A stretch of 64,000 bases of DNA from an uncultured virus (IMG/VR IMGVR_UViG_3300033141_003443) (IMGVR_UViG_3300033141_003443:1-64000); one strand, 5' to 3'. Shown: positions 8,521-18,405, numbered from the stretch's first letter. Notes: generated from the sequence alone by a model not told the origin. Made by a program: numbers and translations.

Positions 8521-11337
8521 ATGGCTGGAATCAATAGTAATGTCGTCTTTATGTCCCATTTTGATGGCCTTGATGGTTCTCAAACTATTATAGACGAAAT
8601 AGGAAATGTCATTACCGCTAACGGTAATGCTCAAATAGATACTTCTGATTCTGTATTCGGTGGAGCCTCAGTATTATTTGATAATAATTCTGCTTCTAGG
8701 CTTACTATTCCGAATTCTCCTTCATTTAATCTTGGTTCACAAGATTTCAGGTTTGATTTCCGAATTCAATATGTTGCAGTAGGTGGTACGCAGGCTATCT
8801 GGACACAATGGGGTGGCGGTGGATCAAACGGCTCATTCTATATTGTAACGCTTGGTGGAAATTTACGATTTTTTTATTCGCCAAATGGCTCTTCTGAAGT
8901 AGCAATATCTAGCACATATACTTTTGCTGATAGTAATTTTCATCATGTAGAGGTATCAAGAACCGGTAATACTCTTTATTTCTTTGTTGATGGGGTTGCT
9001 TATGGTACAGGAAATCTGACCGGGGTAACTATTAATAATTCTACAAGACCCCTGAATATTTCAACTTATGCAGATGGGGCCGGACAGCCTCTTAATGCTA
9101 GGGTTGACGAGGCTAGAATGTCGACTGAGCCTTATGATTTTGACAGACTTTTTCCCTCATTAGAGTGGTCGGCAACAGGAGATATTCAGTTAACTCCGGC
9201 GTTACAGTGGGAAGCTTCTCTCTTAGGTGAACTAACTCCGCAAGTTTCTTGGAATACTGAAATGGAACATAAGTTTGTTCCTAATGTGGTTAATTATCCA
9301 TTTTATTTTGACCAACCCACTGTTAAGAGTAGTTCAGTCCCGATGACCATATCCGGGTGTTTTGTGGGTTATTCTGTTTATTTAAAAAATACGGGGTCTA
9401 GTGGAACTACTGAAATTGAGATTTATGTGGACGGCCTTTTAAAGGATACTATAAGTATTGTTGCTTCGGGAGTCGTGCATAATGAAGTAAGATATTTTGA
9501 TTTAGATCAAATGTTAAATCCTCAGGGTATTTTTAAAGTAAAAGTAATTTCTGCGGCAGTAGCCTCGGATGATTTAAAAGTTAATATGTATTTGATGACA
9601 TTTCCCTTTGAAATGGATGTCTTATTTTATTCTAATATTTCCGACTCGGTAAATTTTACAGGTTTAAATAAAGAGTATTTATTCCAGTCAACAGACAATT
9701 GGTTGATCGATTTTAATCAACCCATATTAACGGTAGCTAGTGTGACCATCGAGGATGAAAATGGAGATGTTACTGACGTGCCCTATTCTGTTTTAGATGG
9801 AACCTTCTTTAATAGCAGGATTCAGTTAGCGGCCTATACTCAGGCTTTGCCTAAGAGTATTAAAATTAAAGTCCAAGATTATAATGAGAGGTATCAAATA
9901 TTTGAATTAACTCCGACGATAGCTCCGACTCTTGGGGAATATCCACCTTATGTGACAAGTATGACAAAAGAATTTGAGTTATTTATTGCTGCAACCGCTT
10001 TTCGATATAGTTTTGATGTAGGAAGTACATGGTCTAGTTGGGAGGCTGTGTCTAGTAGTAATACTGCTACCATAGATTTTAGTAGTCTCTCAAATGGAGA
10101 GAAGACTGTTAAGATACAATACCAAATCGGATCTGATATGTTAGAGGGGGATTTTTCTCTTTATTATGTAATCGGAGATATTGATGTATCAATTTTATGG
10201 ATTGGTGATTATGCGTTAGTCACGTATGCAGACACCGTGCCTTTAGATAGGATAGAGGTTTATTATGATGGTGCCTTGTCAGATACTTTATCTATCCCGG
10301 TTATTAATGGTTTTGATACGTTTTCTTTAGACGTGGGTAATACTGAACTGGATATTGGTGTGGGTAGTGTATATTGGAATTCTGTTAAGTATGATTATGA
10401 TGGATCTTCATGGTCTCTTGCGAGTTTGGATTTTGCGAGTTATGCTTATGCTATGCAATATCAAGCTGTTTTTGGTTTCGATACTGTAGAAAATAAATTT
10501 GATGTAAAAATTATTATAGATGAAAACCCGTCAAACGGTAATTTTGAAGAAAGATTTCCTTCGTTTGTAAGAATTTGGGCTTTAGATTTTCTAATTAATA
10601 CGCAGGGCCTTGATTTTAGTCCCTATACTGTTCAGATAAGTAGTACACCGAAAAAGGTTTTTGAAGATGGAAGGGTTCAGGTTACTTTGGATGCTAGTAA
10701 AGAAATTATAATTAAATTGATTGATGTTTCTGGAAGAACATTAAGTTTTACACAAGAATTTTATAAAACTAAATATAATATTTGGCGGACAATTGTTATA
10801 ACTAAGGAGAGTATTATTGGCAGCAGCTCTAATGGGTTACAATTGCCGCGATTAGCCATTGATGATTCGGATAGTTTTTGGACATCAAGTTTGAGTGAAG
10901 TTTTACCCGCATGGTTACGTTATGAGTTTGGTTTAGAGACTAAACAAATAATTACTGAAGTTTCGATTAAACCAAATTTTTTTGGTGATGTGAATGGTGT
11001 ACCAAAAGATTTTAAAATTCAAGGAACTGATGATGGGGAGATTTGGGATGATTTATTAACCGTAGCTGGGGAGTCTTGGGTAGACGAAAACCCAAAGATT
11101 TATTCATTTTCAAACTCTGTAGCTTACGCTTTTTATAGACTTTATGTTACCGATACTTTTGGTGGTAGTTATGTTCAAATCAAGGAGTGGGAATTACGAG
11201 AAACTATCGGTGGGCCTGATTTAGCATCATTTTTTGAGGTAGAAATATTTCCGGGTGAAATTCATCAAAGTAGCGATATAAAAATTGCTCTTGAAACAGA
11301 GGATTGGGGAGATGAACCCGATGGCCCAACAGAATAA
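8521..11337 (+). CDS. Large tail/adhesion protein with N-terminal LamG (concanavalin A-like) and C-terminal F5/8-C (discoidin) domains
   Basis: HFDG...FGGASVLFD...FHHVEVSR...YFFVDG...VDEARMS; PKDFKIQGTDDG.WDDL...YRLYVT. Confidence 0.75.
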   Translation: MAGINSNVVFMSHFDGLDGSQTIIDEIGNVITANGNAQIDTSDSVFGGASVLFDNNSASRLTIPNSPSFNLGSQDFRFDFRIQYVAVGGTQAIWTQWGGGGSNGSFYIVTLGGNLRFFYSPNGSSEVAISSTYTFADSNFHHVEVSRTGNTLYFFVDGVAYGTGNLTGVTINNSTRPLNISTYADGAGQPLNARVDEARMSTEPYDFDRLFPSLEWSATGDIQLTPALQWEASLLGELTPQVSWNTEMEHKFVPNVVNYPFYFDQPTVKSSSVPMTISGCFVGYSVYLKNTGSSGTTEIEIYVDGLLKDTISIVASGVVHNEVRYFDLDQMLNPQGIFKVKVISAAVASDDLKVNMYLMTFPFEMDVLFYSNISDSVNFTGLNKEYLFQSTDNWLIDFNQPILTVASVTIEDENGDVTDVPYSVLDGTFFNSRIQLAAYTQALPKSIKIKVQDYNERYQIFELTPTIAPTLGEYPPYVTSMTKEFELFIAATAFRYSFDVGSTWSSWEAVSSSNTATIDFSSLSNGEKTVKIQYQIGSDMLEGDFSLYYVIGDIDVSILWIGDYALVTYADTVPLDRIEVYYDGALSDTLSIPVINGFDTFSLDVGNTELDIGVGSVYWNSVKYDYDGSSWSLASLDFASYAYAMQYQAVFGFDTVENKFDVKIIIDENPSNGNFEERFPSFVRIWALDFLINTQGLDFSPYTVQISSTPKKVFEDGRVQVTLDASKEIIIKLIDVSGRTLSFTQEFYKTKYNIWRTIVITKESIIGSSSNGLQLPRLAIDDSDSFWTSSLSEVLPAWLRYEFGLETKQIITEVSIKPNFFGDVNGVPKDFKIQGTDDGEIWDDLLTVAGESWVDENPKIYSFSNSVAYAFYRLYVTDTFGGSYVQIKEWELRETIGGPDLASFFEVEIFPGEIHQSSDIKIALETEDWGDEPDGPTE

Positions 11338-11343
11338 TGGAGG

Positions 11344-13854
11344 TTGTTAATGGCTATTACAAGTATTCTATTAGATGAAAATTCTGGATTTGTCGTAGAG
11401 GTTCCTGTAATTGTTCCGCTTAAATGGAGAACAAAGAGTATATCTACTGTTTTTTTGAAAGATCCACAAGATATTCGATCGAATAGTTACGCTGGTATGG
11501 CTCCCGGAACTACGGTGAGTTATAGCGGCTGGAATAGTGGGGGAGACACGGCGGTAAGTAGGGCTGTATGTAAGTGGCAGAATGGTTCAGGCTTCTTTTT
11601 TAGACGATCTATTGCTGTTATTTACAAACCGGGCGCTATGGTACCCCCCTATATCCATGTGTCTGCTCAGACGGCGATTCAAATTGAAGACGCAACACCT
11701 GAGATTGATTGGGAGGCTGTTATGGCAACCCTCAGATCTTCTTATGATCCGGCATCATATACAATTGGAGCAGTTAGGTTGTGTGATTCTTTGGGCGGTA
11801 ATTGTGAAGATTTAGTAAAAGCTGGTCAAATGGATTTGAATGATTTAAATCAATATTATAAAGATACCGGTCATGCCGGTGAAGAGGCAAATGCCTCTTT
11901 ATGGAGTTTTGTGACTGAGAGCTCATCAAGTCCAATAACTAAACCTTATGGGCCCGGAGACGCGGATGTCAAGTTTAATTATATGGATGAATTTACTGTT
12001 CGGGGGGTTAGTGATGATGATGCAGGAAATAATTTTAATGATACTGCTCAAAGTTTACCAACGAATTCATGTGTTACGAATAGTCGTAGTATGCCCATGT
12101 ATGCTAAGTTTTGGGTAAAGATGACTGTGATTGGAGGCGGGGCCTATCCCCCAGAAGCTACTGTTAATACTGAAGAAGAGCAAAAAGATCCGGAAGATTG
12201 GGGTAGTCTTAGCAGCGGAACTTCAGGTTTTACTGGAAAGGGTTCTGAAGATGAGGGTATGAATACGATGTATTCAACTTATGGTAATTCCAGACTACCT
12301 TTTGATTCCGTTTATTTAACCGGAGCAAATTATAATAGTTTTGTTTCTGCGGGAGGCGGTGTGGTTGCAGAATCCGGAGCGTTTTCTATTTCTGATACGC
12401 TCTATATTGAGAAAATAAGGCTGGATATTGAGGGCAGCACCATGACGATAGTTGAAGTTGTGGATTACGATGCAACACCCTCTCTGAATTTAAGTGAAAA
12501 GATTTATGGATATATTTTTAATGAATTTAATCAGAGTAAGCCCACATTTTCTGGGTTTGTAATTAGCCGTAGAAGGCGTTTAAATTCAGGAACCAAAGAA
12601 ATCGTTTATGAGTGTAGAGATTTAACTTATTTTTTAGATCAGTTATATAGTCCCTCTCATTATATCTATCGACCGCCATCAATTCATGGTCGAGGATCTT
12701 TTAAAACTTATGACAGGGTATTAAAAGAGATTTTGGGTGTGGCAGGACTGCCAGATTCTATTGTTGATTTACCCCTCTATACGGCCCCGCCCACGAGTTG
12801 GGTTTATCAGGATTTAAGGAGTGTGTTGGAGTGGGTGGTGAAATTTTTTGGTAAATACATGTATTATATTGACAGATATGGAAGGTTAAATGTTCGGGCC
12901 ACGGATTCATTAACGAATGTTAAAACATATACCATTGGTGATAAGTCGGGGGAAATTTCTATAGAGAGTTTTGAACCTATGACAGATTTTTCTAGGTCTC
13001 GTAGTAGGGTTATTTTAACTGGTGACTTTGCAATTACAGAACGTGAAGCTGTAGCTAATTATCTTTTAGGCGGACAATTACATCCAGAAGATAATGTGAA
13101 TCAGACAGGTATTTTTTGGTTTCAGCAAACGATAGAAGGAAAAACTTATAAGTTTTATTATTTTATGTTGAAGCCCGGACAAACTTTAAACGATAAGTTA
13201 TTATCAGATCCGGCGAAATCCGCGGATGTCGTTTTATTAAAACAGGCAAATTCACCCACAAGTCCTAATTCGAATTGGATTGATGATCCTAAAGAATTAA
13301 ATATTCGAGTTTTTAAAACACACCCGGGAGATAGTGAAATTTATGTTGAAGACCCTATTTTAAATTATAAAAATTATCAATTAATTAGAATACGATATGC
13401 AACACGGACAGATTCACCAATTCAAGTTAGCGTAGATACGGGATTAGCTGGTGGAACGGAGGTTGTTCGTAGACCAGAGTTTAAAAAGGCTGTTGGCCCA
13501 CAAGGATCCGTAGATGATACAGCTTTGATGGCCCAATATCTAGCTAAAATTAAGGATTTTTTTACCCCGGTTTATGGCGGGCAATTAGTCCTTGATGGTT
13601 TAGATACGCAAATTTATTTGTTAGCAAAGGTCTCAATTGCGGGATCGGATTTATCCTCGACGGAGACTGATGATTTAATTTGTTATTCTATTGAGTATAA
13701 TATACCAGCTAAGAGAACATCGGTAGAATTGTCGAATAAAGTTTATGAGGATCTACCTTTCTTTGATGTTATGCGGGAGCGTTCAAGAGAGCATAATGAA
13801 ATGTTAGCAAAGATGGGCATTGTGGAAGAATTGGAACTTTACCAAAGAGCTTAA
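11344..13854 (+). CDS. Tail tip/baseplate hub-like protein
   Basis: FSGFVISRR...YECRDL and YYIDRYGRLNV hub-type motifs; context. Confidence 0.55.
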   Translation: MLMAITSILLDENSGFVVEVPVIVPLKWRTKSISTVFLKDPQDIRSNSYAGMAPGTTVSYSGWNSGGDTAVSRAVCKWQNGSGFFFRRSIAVIYKPGAMVPPYIHVSAQTAIQIEDATPEIDWEAVMATLRSSYDPASYTIGAVRLCDSLGGNCEDLVKAGQMDLNDLNQYYKDTGHAGEEANASLWSFVTESSSSPITKPYGPGDADVKFNYMDEFTVRGVSDDDAGNNFNDTAQSLPTNSCVTNSRSMPMYAKFWVKMTVIGGGAYPPEATVNTEEEQKDPEDWGSLSSGTSGFTGKGSEDEGMNTMYSTYGNSRLPFDSVYLTGANYNSFVSAGGGVVAESGAFSISDTLYIEKIRLDIEGSTMTIVEVVDYDATPSLNLSEKIYGYIFNEFNQSKPTFSGFVISRRRRLNSGTKEIVYECRDLTYFLDQLYSPSHYIYRPPSIHGRGSFKTYDRVLKEILGVAGLPDSIVDLPLYTAPPTSWVYQDLRSVLEWVVKFFGKYMYYIDRYGRLNVRATDSLTNVKTYTIGDKSGEISIESFEPMTDFSRSRSRVILTGDFAITEREAVANYLLGGQLHPEDNVNQTGIFWFQQTIEGKTYKFYYFMLKPGQTLNDKLLSDPAKSADVVLLKQANSPTSPNSNWIDDPKELNIRVFKTHPGDSEIYVEDPILNYKNYQLIRIRYATRTDSPIQVSVDTGLAGGTEVVRRPEFKKAVGPQGSVDDTALMAQYLAKIKDFFTPVYGGQLVLDGLDTQIYLLAKVSIAGSDLSSTETDDLICYSIEYNIPAKRTSVELSNKVYEDLPFFDVMRERSREHNEMLAKMGIVEELELYQRA

Positions 13855-13857
13855 ATT

Positions 13858-14415
13858 ATGAAATCAAAACATGCGACTATAACTATTTCGGATAGTGTTT
13901 GGACGGAGTTAGAGGAGACTTTTGATGTTCTATTTTGGGCGGTCTATGCTGATGTAGCTATTTATGTTCAGGAATATGGTATAGCTGGTTGGAATACAAG
14001 TATTTCTGTTTCGGCAGAGGCCTCATATTCGGTAAATACTTCGGTTAAGAAAATACGGGTAAAATCTCAGTCCGGAAATGCGGATGTAAATTATAGTTTA
14101 TTGGGTTTTATCACTTTTCGGCTCGGTGGAAAGGAACCGACAATACAACCAGTAAGCATAAAAACAAATGATTATACCCTTACAGAATTAGATTATAGTC
14201 TTGTAATTGATGCAACAAGTAATCCTGTAACAATTACACTTCCATTAAATCCAAAGATAGGCCAAGTATATAATCTTGCTTGTTTAAATAGTGATAATGC
14301 TGTGGAGATTAATTTTAATGGAAAAAACTTTTATGATAGTTCTTCAAATGGGATTCTTTTTAAGGGTGAAAATTTAACGATTCAATATGATGGAACACAA
14401 TATATAGGAGCATAA
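13858..14415 (+). CDS. Tail fibre-related protein
   Basis: DYTLTELDY...DATSNPVTITLP...G.NLTIQYDG motif common in phage fibre domains. Confidence 0.5.
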   Translation: MKSKHATITISDSVWTELEETFDVLFWAVYADVAIYVQEYGIAGWNTSISVSAEASYSVNTSVKKIRVKSQSGNADVNYSLLGFITFRLGGKEPTIQPVSIKTNDYTLTELDYSLVIDATSNPVTITLPLNPKIGQVYNLACLNSDNAVEINFNGKNFYDSSSNGILFKGENLTIQYDGTQYIGA

Positions 14416-14416
14416 A

Positions 14417-15202
14417 ATGAGTTTATTTGGTGTAATACGAGATGCTTTAACTGGAATTACTGCAAGTGTTGAAAGCGAGGGTAATTTAGCTGTAATCGCT
14501 AAAAATCAGCATTGGCCAATTATTGATTTATTTATGCACAAACATCAATTAACTATAACAATTGATGGTACAACTTCTATCGGTGATAAGATAGTTACTC
14601 TTGTTGCTGGACATGGTGTTATTAATGGAAATTGGGTGGGTTTTGAACAGGCCGGAAACTTTTATGAAGGTGTTGTAATTAATGTATCAGTAAATGATAT
14701 TGAACTTGATTCCCCTTTAGATTATGCTTTTGATAGTAATGCTGTAGCCTATATACATTCTAGGGATATGAATATTGATGGTTCTACTACAACACAAATA
14801 TTTCATATTCATCCACCAACGGGGCAGAAATGGGATATTACTGGATTAACTTTTACTTTAGAGGATAATGTAATTATGGATTCTTCTAAATTTGGCGGAA
14901 TTACAGCCTTAACTGAGGGGGTTGTATTACGGGTAGAAAATAGTACAATTAAAAATATTTTTAATGTTAAAACAAATGGGGGTTTTTCCGCAAGATCATG
15001 TTTTTCAGAATATGATGCCAAAGCCCCCGCAGGTGTATATGGTTTTCGTATATGTACTGTTTTTGCGGGGCAGGAAAATCGGGGTGTAACTATTCGTTTA
15101 AACGGAGATGTTGATGATGAATTACAACTACTTATTCAAGATGATTTATCAGCTTTAAGTAGATTTACCTGTATTGCTCATGGGCATATAGTAATTGAAT
15201 AA
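14417..15202 (+). CDS. Hypothetical virion-associated protein
   Basis: Beta-rich ORF at the end of the tail operon. Confidence 0.5.
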   Translation: MSLFGVIRDALTGITASVESEGNLAVIAKNQHWPIIDLFMHKHQLTITIDGTTSIGDKIVTLVAGHGVINGNWVGFEQAGNFYEGVVINVSVNDIELDSPLDYAFDSNAVAYIHSRDMNIDGSTTTQIFHIHPPTGQKWDITGLTFTLEDNVIMDSSKFGGITALTEGVVLRVENSTIKNIFNVKTNGGFSARSCFSEYDAKAPAGVYGFRICTVFAGQENRGVTIRLNGDVDDELQLLIQDDLSALSRFTCIAHGHIVIE

Positions 15203-15212
15203 ACCGGTATAA

Positions 15213-15569
15213 ATGGACGGAGTACTTATGATTAAATGTAGAAATTGTGGTTTTGAATTTGATGATTTAAAACAATCTGAGGTTGTTATGGGTGGAGTAA
15301 AATGCCCTAAATGTAATGCTATTGTGGATCAAGAGGGGAATGTTTTTAAAAAGGCTGGGGTTAATTTTTTCTCCCATTTGGTTAAAATTAGAAAACCTTA
15401 TTTAGATACAAGAGGTACATATACGTGTGAGTGTATTGATTGTGCCTATGTTAAGGAGTCTAAAAAGCACTGTAAAGATATTAAATGTCCCAAGTGTGGG
15501 GGTGAAATGCGAAGAAAAAATCGTCCGGGTTCGGGAAAGAAGGCTGAGGGAATTGAAAGCGGAAGCTAA
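15213..15569 (+). CDS. Multi zinc-ribbon protein
   Basis: CRNC, CPKC, CECIDC and CKDIKCPKC motifs. Confidence 0.65.
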   Translation: MDGVLMIKCRNCGFEFDDLKQSEVVMGGVKCPKCNAIVDQEGNVFKKAGVNFFSHLVKIRKPYLDTRGTYTCECIDCAYVKESKKHCKDIKCPKCGGEMRRKNRPGSGKKAEGIESGS

Positions 15570-15725
15570 AGAACGGAGTTAGCGAGATATTCTCTACAAG
15601 GTAGAGTTGTTGGCATTTCTTGGGATTGTTGGCCCAAAAATAACAGTCCTTGAATTTACAAAGGAGGGTTTATGTTTTTAAAAGGAGGTACGTCATGATG
15701 TAGAAACCGAAAGGAGGTATACGTC

Positions 15726-15896
15726 ATGGCTAAAGCCCAAAAATGTAAAAGCGGGAATAAAGCCAAAGGTCGTCAGTCTGATCGCCATAAGATCGAGTAT
15801 GAACGTCAAAGAATTCGTACCGAAGCCAACAAGCGTAAAAGACGCCGAAGACATTTGGAAAAACACCTGAATGATTTGCAAGCTCAAAATGTATAA
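15726..15896 (+). CDS. 56-aa Arg/Lys-rich small protein (absent from the ORF track)
   Basis: AAAGGAGGT RBS; MAKAQK...RQRIRTEANKRKRRRRHLEKHLNDLQAQNV. Confidence 0.75.
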   Translation: MAKAQKCKSGNKAKGRQSDRHKIEYERQRIRTEANKRKRRRRHLEKHLNDLQAQNV

Positions 15897-15970
15897 AATG
15901 GGGTGGGGATTCCCGCCCGTCCGGAGGGTCTGAAATACGGCTTGACTGTGTGGTAGGACTAACTCCGTTT

Positions 15971-15994
15971 AGGGGCACCTTTCGGGGTGTCCCT
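15971..15994 (+). other. UUCG-tetraloop hairpin (3' end structure or weak terminator)
   Basis: AGGGGCACCT-TTCG-GGGTGTCCCT; G-U pairs favour the + strand; only a short U tract follows. Confidence 0.6.
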
Positions 15995-16283
15995 TATGAC
16001 TGAACCCTGAATGTTCACTAAAAGGTAAACATTAGGTTCTGAGTATACATTATGATACCCGCCCGGGGCCATCCGGCCCACCTTCAATATTATAATTATT
16101 TATTATTAATACTATACAGCCTGCCTGATCGGGTATAAAATATCAAAATTGATGCGTTAAGGCCCGATTTCCCGATTAATACAGCATAAAAGCGATATTA
16201 ACCAACCTCGACCCGGCCAAAGGCCGCCCCTCGGTTGAGAGTAAACCATTAAAATCTATCAATATTATGGAAATTAATACATA

Positions 16284-16660
16284 ATCAGTCTTAGCCGCTT
16301 TTTAAAATAAGTGGGCAGACTTGATACTTACCTGTGCGGTGGAACGTCCTCCGGAGGCAGCCTCGGGAATCGCTCCGCTCTCCCTCGGCGCCTTCCGGTT
16401 CTGATCCGTCTATTCTGGACAGGAATCTGGACAATATGTCCAGTTACCTGATTCGTCCACTATTTAGTGGACATTACCAGTTATTTATGGGGTACCAGCA
16501 AGCCTGACCGCCTGCTGGCGGTAGACTTCCGGCATATTCGGAATGGGGCCCAGATCCGGAAGAGAGGCCTACAGAAGGCATCCTGAAGCGATTGGAGGCT
16601 ATAATCGTGTCATAATCTGAAGCGTTTAGAGATCCAAATCGGGGCGACGGCGTAGCCGGA
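16284..16660. other. GC-rich multi-hairpin non-coding island (ncRNA or origin/terminus)
   Basis: At least six inverted repeats; no credible ORF; lies at the strand-convergence point. Confidence 0.5.
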
Positions 16661-16951
16661 GACACGTATTTGATAGGAATATAGCCTGTAATAGGGAATT
16701 ATAAGGAATATGGGTGGAAGACCTGCTGGAGGGTAGGATTTTTACCTACTAGCTTGTCGTTGATTGCTTAAAGACTTGAAGTACAGATTACTCCGTGCGT
16801 GTTCATCACGCCACCTCTGGCAAGGCTTTCTTTGGTCAGACGGTGCTTTCCCAACATCACATTAAGCAGTTATCATATGTTCTGTTTAACTTCCTTATCC
16901 CACCGCCGAAATCCGGAAGAATTAGATAGTTGGGAGTCTAATATAAATAAT

Positions 16952-17299
16952 CTACATATTTCTTAACTGATCGCCGGCTTTTGATCCACGAATACCTGAA
17001 TTATTTAACACGATTAAACTCGGTGATATTTCAGAATACTTTTTAAGAATATCTCCATGACAGGGTTTGGGGGCGCACCAACAGGCGATTACCTTGTTTC
17101 TAAGTTCTGGGAGGGCCTTAAGGAGATCCGGGCGGGATAAAAGGTATTTCTCGTATTTTTGAATGACTTCGGCACGATCACCGTCTTTTCCAATAACGAA
17201 GGGATTAGCCCATTTACTATTGATAGGAAATCGAGGATTCCAACGTCCAATATAAATATCAAATTTTTCTCTATAACAATGAACTATTTTAATTGACAT
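16952..17299 (-). CDS. DUF4326 family protein
   Basis: DIYIGR...SKWANPF...GDRAEVI.KY...L.GK-like.IACWCAPKPCHGDIL. Confidence 0.85.
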   Translation of the reverse strand: MSIKIVHCYREKFDIYIGRWNPRFPINSKWANPFVIGKDGDRAEVIQKYEKYLLSRPDLLKALPELRNKVIACWCAPKPCHGDILKKYSEISPSLIVLNNSGIRGSKAGDQLRNM

Positions 17300-17399
17300 A
17301 TTTTCTCCAAATATTGATTAGTTTGCGGCTTTTCCGCAAGAAAGATATATTTTATGGTTTTGTCAATCTTAGACTGAGTTTTATCTAAAAGTTTTATAG

Positions 17400-17618
17400 T
17401 CATTTTGCTTTTGCCTTAATAATATTTGTTAATGCTCGAACAGCGTCAGCACACGAGACACCACATTGTCCCAAACCTTTGGCTACTGTAATAATACTGG
17501 ATTCAATAACCTCATCGGAAATGTCAGATAAATCATAACCAAAGTCTTTAAGAGATTTTCGGATATTCTTTAATATTTTCTTTCGTCTGAATTCCTGTAA
17601 TTTTTTTATTATAAACAT
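17400..17618 (-). CDS. Hypothetical protein
   Basis: ORF overlapping the upstream gene. Confidence 0.5.
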   Translation of the reverse strand: MFIIKKLQEFRRKKILKNIRKSLKDFGYDLSDISDEVIESSIITVAKGLGQCGVSCADAVRALTNIIKAKAK

Positions 17619-18127
17619 TTGGATCTCCTTTGTTCATCATATTTAAACATTAAACCTTGTAATTCCAAAGTCCTACAGCTTGAAAGCCGTTTTAAAAGCT
17701 TTTGTTTAAAATTAACATTACTATATTCATTATGTAGGCTTCTTGCCCTTCGTTCAACCCAAATTGCATCAACGGATCGGCTTTTACCAAGATAAACAAA
17801 GAGACCATATTTTTTATTTGTTCTATCAATCCACTGTTTTGCGACCCCGACTAAACTTTCCGGAACGCATAAAGCAAATTTATTAGTCCGACCTATCGGC
17901 CAATGATCGTGCTTATTACAACCACATTCGACTTTTCTCTCTTCGCCGTTTAATAAGTCACTCTTGGTAACTTTTATTTCCACTTCCATTGTCCATTTAC
18001 CTGTATCCACCAAAATATCTGTAATAAAAAATCCACTATATATTTCATCCGCACAAATCCACTGTCTTTTGTATCGGAAGTAATCCATCAAACCATACTT
18101 TAGATGTAGGGAGGTAATTTTTTGCAT
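17609..18127 (-). CDS. PD-(D/E)xK nuclease, MmcB-like
   Basis: TDIL...EVEIKVTKSDL motif. Confidence 0.65.
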   Translation of the reverse strand: MQKITSLHLKYGLMDYFRYKRQWICADEIYSGFFITDILVDTGKWTMEVEIKVTKSDLLNGEERKVECGCNKHDHWPIGRTNKFALCVPESLVGVAKQWIDRTNKKYGLFVYLGKSRSVDAIWVERRARSLHNEYSNVNFKQKLLKRLSSCRTLELQGLMFKYDEQRRSKCL

Positions 18128-18164
18128 AAGTTTCTTTTAGGTTTAATTAATATTAGAAATGCCT

Positions 18165-18405
18165 AGTCTGACTATGCTTTTTTAACACAGAATAAACCAT
18201 AAACGATTGTATAACCCCATACTGTATGTGTCCGTATGCGACTGAGCTGATTGTTATACTACCCAAACCTGTTGGTGTTACGTGTCCCACGCCTCTCGCT
18301 TTAACCTTCAGGTATCCCGACGATTTGTTTATGGTATCAGACCACGCGCTACTCACCCGAATTTCTTGTATGTGATTCGAACTTATAAAGAGAGATAACC
18401 TCGGG
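18165..18405 (-). ncRNA. Candidate structured non-coding RNA
   Basis: Nested long-range stems GTCTGA/TCAGAC, ACCATAAAC/GTTTATGGT, GTATAAC/GTTATAC and CCCGA/TCGGG in a 300-bp gap. Confidence 0.4.

Noticed and set aside
15693..16665. Minus-strand ORFs 15693-15887, 15730-15978 and 16474-16665
   Set aside because: They are antisense to an RBS-supported ORF or lie in hairpin-rich DNA, with no protein motifs.
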